From contig JAGIQG010000014.1 of assembly GCA_024679065.1 (NCBI GenBank), forward strand, positions 28,024,001-28,088,000: a stretch of 64,000 nucleotides of DNA, in the 5' to 3' direction. Made by a program: the position numbers and the translations under genes. Below, piece after piece: positions 39,368-51,205 of this stretch (position 1 is the first letter of the stretch; every line of letters starts with the position of its first letter). A model generated the notes under the pieces. The model had not been told where the DNA came from. It made no database searches and saw only the letters and a list, made by a program, of their open reading frames with translations. The DNA is from Sphyrna mokarran (taxonomy: Eukaryota).

Positions 39368-40949
39368 CTTCCTACATCTGGGCATATTGAATAGACAAAA
39401 AAATGAACAATGAGAATCTATGTCAATGAATTGGGAATGTTTATTGGTAACTGCACAATGTTCAGTATCATTTTCAGCTTTGTAGATAATAAAGGAGACT
39501 GTTTTCATATGCAGCAAGCCGTGGACGACATTCACTGGGCTGAAAGGGTGGCAAATAATATTCGTGCCACACAATTGCCAATCATTTCTCTTTGAAATTC
39601 AATGACACGACCATCGTGGAATCCCAGACCTTCAACACCAATAGGGTATTACCATTGACCAGAAACTGAAGTGGACCAACAATATAAATATGTGCCTACG
39701 AGTGCAGATCAGAACTTGAGAATTCTGCAGGGGGTAATTCACATTCTGTCTCTCCAAATTCTGTCCACCATCAACAAGGCACAAATCAGAAATGTAATAG
39801 AATACTCAACATCTGACTGGATGCGTGTAGCTCCAACAAATCTCAAGAAGCTCAACACCATCCAAAACAGAATAGACCACTCTCTCCTGCACACCAGCGC
39901 CATCTTAAACTACAGCAACCTATGCTCCTTTAACAATACCTTACAAACCTATAATCTCCAGCACCTGGAAGGACAAGGGCAGACATATGGGAACAACATC
40001 ACCTGTTGGTACCCCCAAGTAGGGTGCCATTCTGAATTGGAAAAATGGACAGAAGCTTTTGAGATTTGGCAGAGTGTCAATTCTGGTGAGGAAACAGATA
40101 TCAAACTCTCCAATTCCTTCAGACAGTTTTATCTTATCATTTAATTGCCAAAGCAAAAGAGTGCATGGGACTTGCACAGTCAACCTGCAGGACAGGGACT
40201 CTTAGGGCTTGATTTTACCATTTTCATTCTAAGTGCTGAATCTGTGTGCAATGCAGATCCAACTTGGAAATCAGCTTCAGGCACCCCCATATGCATTCTG
40301 CCTGAAAAATAATCACGAGTCTGAATCGCGCTGTGGACAGGGCTTATCGCATCTGAAATGATCGGAGCTCTGAATTGCGCATGCGCAGTTAGAAAAAAAA
40401 CTGAAAGTTGCGCTCCTGTCACAATCACTCCTGGGCCGGATAATACTCCCCAATCCCCACAGACATTGCCCCAGCCCCACAACATTACAGATTCACCTAT
40501 TCCCTTACCATCTGCCATCCAGAATAAGGGCAGCCCGCTCCTCCTTTCCCCTTTACTGATCTCAGGCAGAGTGCAGCAAATCTCCCCTTCCCTCCACTGA
40601 TCTCAGGCAGAGAGATCCACCCTCCACCCTACAGGTATCAGGCGGAGTAATCCCCCTTCACCCCCACTCTGGATCCTCCTGCACAAGGTCCTATCTCCTC
40701 TGGACTCTGATGGTTGTGTGACACCTTCTTCTCTCTCCCCCATTGCTAATCATTGAGGCACTGATCCATCACTATCCCCCTTCCCGTCAGTGCACCTTCC
40801 TTCACATGCCTTCCTCTCAATGCTATCATGCAAGGTGCATGTAACTTGCTGAAATGGTCTGTCAAACTCTCTGTAGTTGATCTGCCCTAATGAGAAGCAG
40901 CTCCATAAAAATCTGAAGAATGGACAGGCAGACAGGGCAAAAATGAGCT

Positions 40950-41198
40950 CATGATCAGCTCCCCAATTTTCTGAGGATAACCTGGGGAGGCTCCTGGATG
41001 CAGCAGAGGCGAGGTGAGGTGGGATACACTCTTCCTCCCAGGAGGACGTAGATCTAGGGGGGGAGGGGGCTGATGGAAATGCAGCCTGAGAGGAAGTCGG
41101 TCAGTGCCAGGGCAGTGACCCCCCTCCAACAGCCCCCCTTCCCGAGAGCCATGAAGCAGTGTTGGAGAAAACTCAATGACCTCATCTGTGCAGCAAGG
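40950..41198 (+). pseudogene. Harbinger Myb/SANT-like DNA-binding protein remnant
   Basis: RAMKQCWRKLNDL resembles the trihelix motif R..QC..KW.DL; followed by gtgagt donor; frameshifted upstream. Confidence 0.65.
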
Positions 41199-43609
41199 GT
41201 GAGTGCTGCACCCAATTTAGCATGTTCCTCCATTCTCAGCATCCAACATGTTTCCAGCTTCTGACCCCCAAACACCTCTTTCCTTTCCCCACAATGAGAC
41301 CTCTAAGGGTCACTGCCTGATTCTCTGCAGGAGTCATGCCACTATTTATCCTGAGAGAGGGTGAAAATGGGGTGGTAGTGTTGAGTAGACCTCCAGGTCC
41401 TCATCCCCTTTGATGAACAGGCACTGGAGCACTGCAGCTCAACACATGGCTAAACAGCTGGTGTGGGAGGGAGGATTTCAGATATCTGGACCACAGGGCT
41501 TTCTTCTGAGGTAGGTGGGAACTGTATAAGAAGGGTGGGTTGTATCTAAACTGTAATTGCATAAATGTTCTGGCTGGAAGGTTTGCTAGTGTGACAAGGG
41601 AGAATTTGGCAGGAGGAGGGAACCAAAGCAAAGGTGAATTAGCTCTCTAGAAAAGGGGAAATGTGGGCTGTCAGCAACAACATGGTTGGGGTGCCATCCA
41701 GACATGAGCACTTGTCATTCCTACACTCACTTTGAGGCAACTTCTTGGGGGCACGAGTTTCGGGTGCAAGGAGCAAGGTATAAAGAAGATGTACGATGCA
41801 TGTTTATTTGCATAGAGAGGGTAATGAGTGCATGGAACTCACTTTTAGGGGAGGTCGTGTGTGCATAAGGACATTTAAGGGATATTTGTACAGCGACCTG
41901 AATGAGCAGGGAATACAAGCATACAGTCCCTGGAAGGGTAGGGGGCAAACAAATCAAATGGGCAACGAGGCTGCTACAGGATTGGTGGGCCAAAGGGTCT
42001 GTTCCTGTGATGTAATTTCCTGGGTTCTTTCTTCTACGTTCAATGGAAAAATGTGAATCACGTACTTGGCATCCTGGATTCCTCTCCCTCTCTTGCACTT
42101 AATCTTGTATTCTGTGTAGAGGGACTGATCCTGATGCCCCAGCAGCTTCTGGATTGAAGGCCCTGGCTACAGCTCCCGTCCATCCCGAGAAAAATAGCCC
42201 AGACAAGTCCTCGGAAGATACGGGTGAAGGATCTCCGAGGGTAGCATCGTTTATCTGTCAGTTTGTATCTCACAACTTACCATCGCAGAAATTGACATTT
42301 TGGTGGATCTAGTTAGTGGCAAGGCTTCTGGGTCACAACCTGGTGAGCACAACACATCTGCTGCTGTACACCGTGTGGAGGAGGGAACATCTGAGGCCTC
42401 TGGCATGCAGACTCTGCTGGTCCCAGGCTACATGCTGGGCCTCTGAGATCCCTTCTCCCTCAGCTGCTGAAGCTGTAGGATCAGAGTCAGGGAATGCAGG
42501 AGGGGCTGACAGCCACATTGGACCAACTGTGAGGCTGCTGGAAGGAGTCCCAAAGCTTTCAAGCAAACTAGCTATTGCCTGTCTTGTGTGGTTCCCAGGC
42601 CAACACCGCAAGGATGGATCTGCAGTGGAAAGCGTGAGTCAGGGGATCCTCACCATAGATGGCAGGCTCCAAGCAATGGCCGAGTCACAGCAGGCCACAA
42701 CGGAGGGACCAAGCAGGCTTCTTGAGATTGTGCGGCACATGGCTGAGAGGCTCATGAGCTTGCAGGAGACCCAATGGGACAGCGCAGAGACACAGCAAGC
42801 AATGACAGCAACCCTTGAGAAAGTGGTGCAGTCTCAGAGGGCACGTGTTGTGGCCACTGAGAGATGGCCCACAACTCAAGTGGCCATTGTGGTGGGGTCA
42901 ACCACCATGGGTAGGATGCAGGTATTCCTCCACAATTGGCAGCAACAACATGGTCGGGCTGCCATCCAGATGTGAGCACTTGTCATTCCTACACTCACTC
43001 TGACGCAATTTCTTGGGGGCACGAGTTTCGGGTGCAAGGAGTAAAGTATAAAGAAGATGTACGATGCATGTTTACTGGCATAGAGAGGGTAATGGGTGCA
43101 TGGAACTCACTGAAGAAACGCTAGCACCCTATGGGGTGGCCCACGGGTCAAAAGGGAGCCCAAGGGAGGAGGAAGGGTTCGAGCCCACGCCAGGGCCTTC
43201 CAGCTAGGAGATTGTGGCTATGGCAACACTTCCAACGCCCCACTTCCTAACACCGGGGCATCTCAGGGGCAGCGGATTGAGGAGGGTGTCATGGAAACAT
43301 CCCAGATACCTAGAAGCAGGCCAGGACCCTGAAGTTCCAGGGTCCCCAGAGGACACCTCCTATGCACATCACTGGCTATGGGGTGAGGTAGGCAGTTGGC
43401 CCCCTTGATCTCTAATGTACATCTGGGAGTCACTGAGAGATAGTGGTCGGCCATGAAAAGTTAGGAAGTTGTAGTTGCACTGAGATGGCACTGGTGAAGG
43501 CCTGCCCTAGTTGGAAAAATATTTAAGCACCTTTATGTTTCTTCTTCATGAGGTTTTATGTTGCTACAGCTTATCTGAATGCCTTCATTGTAAATAAATG
43601 TTTGTTGGC

Positions 43610-44350
43610 AGGTCCAATGGGATGAAGGAGTATAGTATCAAGGGTAGGACTCTTAGCGGTGTAGAGAATCAGAAGGACTTTGGGGTCCGGGTCCATAGGA
43701 CTCTTAAATAGACCTCGCAGCTGAAAAATGTAGTTAAGAAAGCATATGGTGTACTAGCTTTCATTAATTGAGGGATTGAGTTTAGGAGTCGGGAGATAAT
43801 GCTACAACGCTATAAGACCCTTGTCAGACCCCACTTGGGAATACTGTGTGCACTAATGGTCGCCTCACTACAAGAACGATGTGGAAGCTATTGAAAGGGT
43901 GCAGAGGAGATTTACCAAGATTTTGCCTGGATTGGGTGGCATGCCTTATGAGGATAGGTTGAAGGAGCTAGGTCTTTTCTCCTTGGAGAGACGAAGGATG
44001 AGAGGCAACCTGATAGAGGTTTATAAGATATCGAGAGGTATAGATAGGGTGGATTCTCGGAGGCTATTTCCCAGGGCTGAAATGGTCGCTACGAGAGAAC
44101 ACAGGTTCAAAGTGCTGGGGAATAGGTACAGAGGAGATGTCAGGAATAAATTTTTCATTCAGAGGGTGGTGAGTGAGTGGAATCGGCTGTCGTTGGTGGT
44201 GGTGGTGAACTCATTGGGGTCTTTTAAGAGACTTCTGAATGAGTAGATGGGATTTAATGGGATTGAGGGTTATAGATAGGCCTGTTAGGTAGGGATATGA
44301 TCGGTGCAACTTGTGGGCTGCAGGGCCTGTTTGTGCTGTAGTGCTCTATT
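43610..44350 (+). mobile_element. CR1 LINE fragment nested in the Harbinger
   Basis: EAIERVQRRFTKILPGL, LFSLERRRMRGNLIEVYK, FFIQRVVSEWNRL. Confidence 0.9.
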
Positions 44351-44359
44351 TCTCAACAA

Positions 44360-46000
44360 TCACCTGTGAACAAATTGTCTCGAATATGATTCCTGTCCCA
44401 TTGATAATCACCTGATGGATGCCTCATGGTAATATCAGTTGGGGTGGCCCCTCAATGCAGTGTCACTGAGAAAAGGAAGCCATTGGTCTCTCATACCTCA
44501 CAAGCGATTCCCTCCCATTCCCCCACTGTACCCGTATGGGGTGTCTTGGATCCCTTATCTGCTAGACAGATGTGTGCCCAGGTGCCAGCGTGCATGCAGA
44601 GCTCAGATAGAAGTCAGATTAGTTTGCACTAGGGCATCATCAGAATGGTTCTTAATGAGTCATTATCACCCTCCAAACAACTCAGTAACATGGATTACCC
44701 AGGCCCACTATTCTGATGTGACAGTGTGCAGGATAAATGGAAGACATTTTGGGGGGCAGGAAATGGAATCCACAATCACCATCCCTTAGTGACTGAACTG
44801 CCTGGTTATTAGAGTCTCCCTTGCTGCCCTCACATGCCTCAGCTAAGATGTTAGCTCTCCACCACCTGGCTGGTGTTCCAAGGCGTTCTCTTCCTCCTCC
44901 ACTGCTGGTCATCCTCCCTAGTAACAGCCATTGGTCATCCTTCACATCCTCTTTCTCCTCCAAGAGCTCACCTTGCTGCAGAGTCAGATTGTGCAAGGCA
45001 CACCACCACCATGCAGGAGGAGATCAAGAGGCTATAATAGAAGGCCCCTCCAAATCGGTCCAGGCACTGGAATCGCATCTTGAGAAGCCCAGTGCACCTC
45101 ATGTCCTTCGGGTAGCTGCATGGGTTTCATTATAGCGGGTATCTGCATCACTCACAGGTCTTTGCACAGGCATCGTCAGCATGTCTGAAGCGGGTAAACC
45201 ATAATACCCAGGAGTCAGCCCCGCAGCCAGGATTCCTCCTCAAACGACTCCGGGATATCCAAGCTCCTGACAATGAAGCTGTCATGCATACTGCTTGGAT
45301 GTTTGGCACTGACGTGCATGATGGTCGTATTGTGGTCACACACAATTTTACATTCAGAGAGTGGAACCCCTTCCTTTTAATAAATCATCATGGATTCTGT
45401 AGGGAGGCTCTGAGGGTGACGTGGGTGCAATTGATGGCCCGCTGTGCATTGGGCATCCCCGTAATTGCAGCAAACCCTGCAACCTGCGCTTCCTGATGGG
45501 CCTGGTCCAGGTTGAATTTGATGTACTGCCCCACACGGGCATAAAGGGTTTCAGTGACCTGCTTGACACAGATGTGTTCTGAAGAAGGGAAGGTGCCACA
45601 GACTTCGCTTGGATTCTAGAAGGAGCCAGTCGCATAGAAGTTCAGAGTGGCCATCAATTTGACAGCCACCAAGAGTGGATGCCCCTCCCTCCCACCCCCA
45701 TCCCTAGGTGCCAGGTCCTGCAACAGGCTGCATTGGTGTCACATGGTTTCTTTTTTGGAGTCGGAGATGTCAGCGTCCGGAATGTCAGGTGTCCGACATT
45801 CTTGAACGACACTCGTGCACGGAACTGCCGGGATCTCTACTCCCTCCTTCTCCTATGCTCCCGCTCTGGGTGAAAGGCAGCCACCTCCTGCCTCTGGTGG
45901 TCATCTCCATCCGGTCCCCCAAGTGGTAAGGCCCGGGCCTCTTGTGCCCGCAATTCTTCCTCCAGTTCCTCCTCCTCAGCTCTAGCAGCAACCAAAAGAA
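44360..46000 (-). pseudogene. Harbinger DDE transposase (HARBI1-like) remnant
   Basis: Minus strand: KLMATLNFYATGSF, AGFAAITGMPNAQRAINCTHV, FIKRKGFHSLNV; contains stops and frameshifts. Confidence 0.85.
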
Positions 46001-46119
46001 CAGAAAGATTGATTGCATCTCATCACTCTGAAAAGGAGGGCGGAGATGAACAAACGTGGAAGTCATGCAACGCTGCTTGCCTCTAGCACATCAACACTCA
46101 CATGCCCTCCCATGACCCT

Positions 46120-46530
46120 CAATCACCCCAGCCACATGCTCCCCATAATCACAGCCCCCCCAATCCCCCCAGCTACAAGCTCCCCATAATCACAGCCCCC
46201 CCCCCAATCCCCCCAGCACATGCTCCCCATAATCACAGCCCCCCATCCCCCACCAAGCCCAATCCAGCCCCCCCAATCCCCAGCCACATCTCCCCTAATC
46301 CAGTCCCCCCCCCCCACAACACCCCCAATCCCCCAGCCCAGCTCCCCAAATCACAGTCCCACCGATTCCGTCAGCCACAAGCTCCCCACAATCACAGCCC
46401 CCCCAATCCCCCCAGCCACATGCTCCCCATAATCACAGTCCCACCGATTCCGTCAGCAACATGCTCCCAATAATCACAGCTCCTGCCATGCCCCCCAGTC
46501 CTCCCAGCCACATGCTCCCTACAATCACAG
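46120..46530. repeat. C-rich ~40-bp minisatellite (cccataatcacagccccccaatcccccagccacatgct) inside the Harbinger
   Basis: ataatcacag / cacatgctccc recur at roughly 40-bp intervals. Confidence 0.88.
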
Positions 46531-47484
46531 TTCTTGGCATAGTTGAGAGGCTGCATCACTTCTACCTGTAAGGGCTTTGTGCACATCCCTTCAGCCTGAA
46601 GTGAGTTGAGTACGCTCGGACCCAGCATCACTGCAAGACCTGAGGTCAGTGCTGAGACCCGGGCTCATATACTACAAAACAAACATCAGAAACCCTGCAG
46701 AACAATAGCACCCCTCCCCCACCCTCCCACACACTTGGAGAGCCGTCACCGACCCAAGGTAGAAAATGGCTGCAACAACATGGCATGGAACATAGAACAC
46801 TACAGCACAGTAACGGGCACTTCGGCCCTCAATGTTGTACTGAGCTATGTCCGAACCCAAGATCAAACTATCCCACACCCTATCACACCCGTGAGTAGCA
46901 AGAGAGCTTTCGGACACCATGCACTTACCTCCTTGCCAACCCTCACTGATGAAGCATCCAAATAAGACTTTTATTGAGCGTGTTCATTTTGCATCAATTC
47001 CGGATTGGCAAATGCAGCGGTAAAGGGGGAAATGCTGATAAAGTTTGGCAGGCAGTTCATTAATTCAACTGAAATGCACGCAAATGCATTTACATCACTG
47101 CTGCGCCCGTTTCAGGTGCGAATGGGATCGCGGCCATTCCTGGGCCTTGGTAACGTGGGCATCTGCGTGAATGCTGGGGCGCATCATGTTAATGGCCTCA
47201 CACCCGACTTTACCACATTTTCGTACCCATTATGGTAAAATCAGGCCTTTAGAGTTGGGGACGAACCCAATGTAGATTTGGGCGCCCCAATCACTGTCAC
47301 AAAAAAATTAACCTGTCCCCTTCCACCATGGAGATATCTAGTTATCTACCTGTTAGTTATCTACCAGTGCTCCTTCACCACACTTTTTCTAACAAATGAT
47401 TAAATGTGAGTTGTAATGCTTCTGCTATCTCATTCATATACTCATTTTTAATAGATGAATGAAATCTGTTCAGACCAGAACTGA

Positions 47485-47735
47485 TGTTCATGACGTGAAG
47501 AAGTCTTAAACAGCCTGAAAAATCCATGGAGAAACCCTTAACAGAGGGGCTAGTGAATCATTTCACTCAAAACCCATTCATGGTAGCAGAACATTTTTGA
47601 TTTTACAAAAGGGTAGAGCTGGAAGGAGAGTCCATTGCTCAATTTATGGCTGTGTTAGAAAGACAAGGCAGAGCAGTGTGAATTTGTCAGTTTTCTGCAA
47701 GATGTGTTATGGGATCATTTAGTTTGTGGCCTCTT
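47485..47735 (+). mobile_element. Gypsy-like gag fragment (inverted relative to 48050-48306)
   Basis: GESIAQFMAVL and FLQDVLWDHLVCGL remnants; reverse-complement homology to 48050-48306. Confidence 0.7.
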
Positions 47736-47994
47736 TGCTTTTATTTAGTTTATACATCTTTTAAAAATATTATTGCATTTTCAATGTCTTGTCGATTTGT
47801 TCCACATCACTGGGGAAAAGCAGGGCAAAATCATTCCTTAATATTTTGTCATCTTTCCATTGTCACTTGTGATAGTATCTTGTCGGGGGGGGGGGGGGGG
47901 GGAGAGGGTAAGAAACCGGGCGCGCTTTTTTTTTCATTTCCCACCCTATCTTATCATCTCACCTCATCGAATGACAGGAGGAGCAAGGTCGTAA

Positions 47995-48980
47995 AATCAT
48001 GTCTGAAGACTTTTATTGTTCGAAGTTTTTGTTGGACCGCTTCATTTCGGAGGCCACAAACTAAACGGTCCCGTAATACATCTTGCAGGAAACTGCCAAG
48101 TTCACACACTTCGATCTGTCTTTTTAACACAGCCACAAATTGAGCAATGGAATCTCTTTCCTGCTTTGTGTGCTCTTTCGTAAAATCTTCCGCTATCATG
48201 AGTGGGTTTTTGAGTGAAATGATTCACTAGCCCCTCACACAAATCCACTAAGTGTTTCTCTGTCGACTTTTCAGGCTGTGTAAGACTTCTTCACGTCATG
48301 AACATTTTACACCATCCCCCTTCCCCCCCCCGTCGTGCTGAGAATGACCCCTGCCAGGAGGTTTTCATCCATCTTGTTAGCTTTGAAGTGAAAATGCTCA
48401 TATATTAGCGCCCAGCCCTTCATTAAATGGTCCCCATCACTCTGAATTAACCGGCCATTTTCTGTTCCCGCTGCCGTGTGGTTTTCCCGCCACCTGTGTT
48501 CAATAGCCACTTGCAGCCGGGTCTACTTCTTCCACACTTTTTGCGCCAGCCATTCCCTCACTAGTTGTGGTCTCCTGCACGCAACCCGAGTCCCTTCCTG
48601 TCCGATGATCTTGGTGGCCCAGGTGAGAATACCTCTCCCATTCTGGCCGTCAACTCAAGCCCTAGACCCCTTGTGACTACAGCCCGATGCCTGCTGTGTG
48701 CCTTTTTATTGGAATCTGGGTGATATCTGCTCTTCCTCCTTCCTTCCACCAGTCCAGTGGAAACACATAGTGGGCTGTGACTCAGCTTTGTTGCCAGTTG
48801 TTAAATATGAGCTCCAATATTGGACTAATCAGAGACCACGAGCTAACTAAGTGTAAACTAAAAGGAACTATTTATTCAACCTCATGTCAGTAGCACAATG
48901 ATGATCGAGCAAGCTCTACCCAGGGTGGAGCTTGTGTCCTGGGTCACCAAACCTTTTAAAAGAACATACGCACAACTACA
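47995..48980 (-). mobile_element. 5' part of a Gypsy-like LTR retrotransposon (LTR 48799-48980, PBS, gag fragment)
   Basis: Minus strand TGTAG...TAACA LTR with AATAAA, followed by actggcaac PBS-like motif; gag-like SIAQFVAVLKR..CELGSFLQDVLRDRLVCGLRNEAVQQKL. Confidence 0.72.
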
Positions 48981-49123
48981 TATATAGTCTTCCTTAATTT
49001 CATTGTGGTTCCATAGTACTGATAACTGAAGGAAACTCTTAACCACATACTGAACTAATATTAAAACCAAATATTTCAACTGACCAACTGCAACTTAGAT
49101 AGTTCGAGCCTCCAGCGTCCATC

Positions 49124-49166
49124 ATGATATTTGTGACTCATCTGATTGTTCTAATTGTTCTTTTAT
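49124..49166 (+). CDS. TIM-like gene copy B, signal peptide exon (MIFVTHLIVLIVLL-C)
   Basis: atcATG context, 43 nt, phase-1 GTAAGT donor at 49167, 194-nt intron, in frame with IgV exon; spliced MIFVTHLIVLIVLLCSVPSARG looks like a cleavable signal peptide. Confidence 0.82.
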
Positions 49167-49360
49167 GTAAGTTTTTGAGCTTAAAACATAAATTTTCTTA
49201 CACTATTATGTTAATATAGAATCATTTAATATGGTCGATGTGTTACTGACACAGTCCAGTTGATAAGTTGTGTACTGTGCTGCCTGTTAATTCTCTGTAC
49301 ACTTTCTCTGGCAATGCAATGGACACTGAATTATTACTGTTTTTATCTGGATTGTTTCAG

Positions 49361-49708
49361 GTTCAGTCCCCTCTGCAAGAGGATCTGAAGTGCGAGGATT
49401 CCTGGGGCAGTCAGTCACATTGCCCTGCACATACTCTGTTACACAGAATGATAAAACTGAAATGTGCTGGGGCCGGGGATGGTGCCCTATATCGCACTGT
49501 TCACAAACACTGATTGAAACAAATGGGAAAACTGTAACTTCCAGAATCTCCGAAAAATACCATCTTGATGGTAAAATAGAGGAAGGGGATGTATCTCTCA
49601 CCGTGGATAATCTCAGTGAAGGAGACAGTGGCTGGTATTGCTGCCGTGTAGAGATTATCGGCATTTTTAATGATCAGAAAGAGAATTTCAATCTGCTGGT
49701 TTTGGAGG
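49361..49708 (+). CDS. TIM/HAVCR-family IgV domain exon, copy B
   Basis: 348-nt ag/gtaag exon, six cysteines, DSGWYCCRVEIIGIFND; 339/348 nt identical to copy A. Confidence 0.95.
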
Positions 49709-50861
49709 GTAAGTCAGTTTAATGTTATATTTTTCTGTGCACGGGGGTGCTTCGAGATTTTCTAACCTTGCCGTTAGTGCCAATCCTGGAGAAGAGTGCG
49801 CGACTGGCGAGTCTCCAGTTCCATCCAAACATTGCGAACCGGATCACACCTAAAAAGGCATATTTAAATATGCATAGTCCATTCAACTCCCAGCGCACGG
49901 AGGTCTCTGGCACAATAATGACGAGCATCACTAGTGGACTTCACTAGCAGTGACCTTGCAACGCCAAGGGACTCGGAAATCATTGCAGTCTCAGGTGGTC
50001 ATAGGCAGTGCCTATCTGGCTGTGCCCATCTGACACACTGGCATTAGCCAATAAGATACCCAGTGGTGTCAGTTACGTAGTGTGCCAGGGACAATTCTAA
50101 GAGGCAGCCTGAATGAGGGGGAGGGCAGGGTGGGGAACAAGGAGGGGCTATGCAGAGGACTATGGGGGTTATGCAGAAGTGGATCATGTTGGCAGTCAAG
50201 ATGGGGAGACACGTCGGGAATCATGATAGGGGGACATGTTCAGCGTCAGGCAGGGCGACCCATCAGGAGGACCCTGATGTCCTGATATCCATGTTATGTA
50301 TCACGGAGGGAGTGAGGGAGCATGCTGATGAGGAACAGTTCTGATGTCTGTGCGGAGGGTGCGGGGATCTCCCATTGCACTGAGAGATCAGGGCACCCTT
50401 ACGATGCAGCAGTTAAGTGCACCAAAACAATCTGAACAGCATGTTTTAGCCTCCCCCAAATCTGCAGAAAAGTGATTGAATGTGAGAGGATTGTGGTGTG
50501 GAGCAGGCCTGAGAGACCGGTCCTTTGTTCTTGCCATTTAGAGATTTTTTGGAAGAATTCCACTCATTATTTCTGTTTGTCTCACCTGCTGTTTCCAGTA
50601 CTTTCTGTTTCTAAACCATATGTAGGGTTAGCCACCTGAAGCACATTTGTTCCCAAAGCCTGTTGTTACTCTGCCGACCCCAGAGATAGGCAGCTGTACA
50701 ACTCCAACTTGTTACATGGATTCCTCATACTGCAATCCAGAGATTAGCAATAATTCTCTCTCCAACACTTACTATAATGTAAGGCCACAGTTCCATAGTT
50801 GTAAGTTCTCTAATAACAATCTGTCACTTTCCTCTTTGTAAGGGGTCAGGGAGAGATAAGG

Positions 50862-51205
50862 AGGGCGGCATGGCAGCACAGTGGTTAGCACTGCTGCCTC
50901 ACAGCCCTGGGGACCTTGGTTCAATCCTGGCTTCAGGTGACTGACTGTGCGGAGTTTGCACGTTTTCTCTGTGTCTGCATGGGTTTCCCCCGGGTGCTCC
51001 AGTTTCCACCCACACTCCAAAGAATGGCTATGTTAAGTTGCCCCTTAGTGTCCCAACTGTATAGGTTAGATGAATTGGCCATGGTAAATGTGTGGGACAG
51101 TGAGGATAGGATGAGAGGGCCTGGGTAAGATACTGTGTCAGAGAGTCAATGCAGACTTGGTGGGCTGAATGGTCTGTTCTGTATGTAGGGATTCTGTGAT
51201 TCTAT
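50862..51205 (+). mobile_element. V-SINE (HE1-like)
   Basis: gggcggcatggcagcacagtggttagcactgctgcctcacag head; absent from the paralogous duplicated block. Confidence 0.85.

Larger units (their letters stand above)
40205..47248. mobile_element. Decayed PIF/Harbinger DNA transposon with both TIRs and TTA target-site duplication
   Basis: Left gggcttgattttaccat (40205-40221) vs right atggtaaaatcaggcct (47232-47248), 15/17 inverted match; tta at 40202-40204 and 47249-47251; convergent Myb/SANT-like and HARBI1-like remnants inside. Confidence 0.88.

Noticed and set aside
39671-40144. 157-aa ORF
   Set aside because: Contains LSTINKAQIRNVIEYS, a decayed non-LTR retrotransposon RT C-terminal motif, not a host gene.
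44360-46000. Domesticated HARBI1 gene
   Set aside because: In-frame stops, frameshifts, catalytic-region Asp changed (AINCTH), and flanking TIRs indicate a dead transposon.
46102-46473. Pro/His-rich 123-aa ORF resembling a mucin stalk
   Set aside because: C-rich minisatellite inside the Harbinger element; no splice signals in phase with TIM exons.
46120-46530. CRISPR-like array
   Set aside because: Tandem degenerate units without unique spacers; eukaryotic context.
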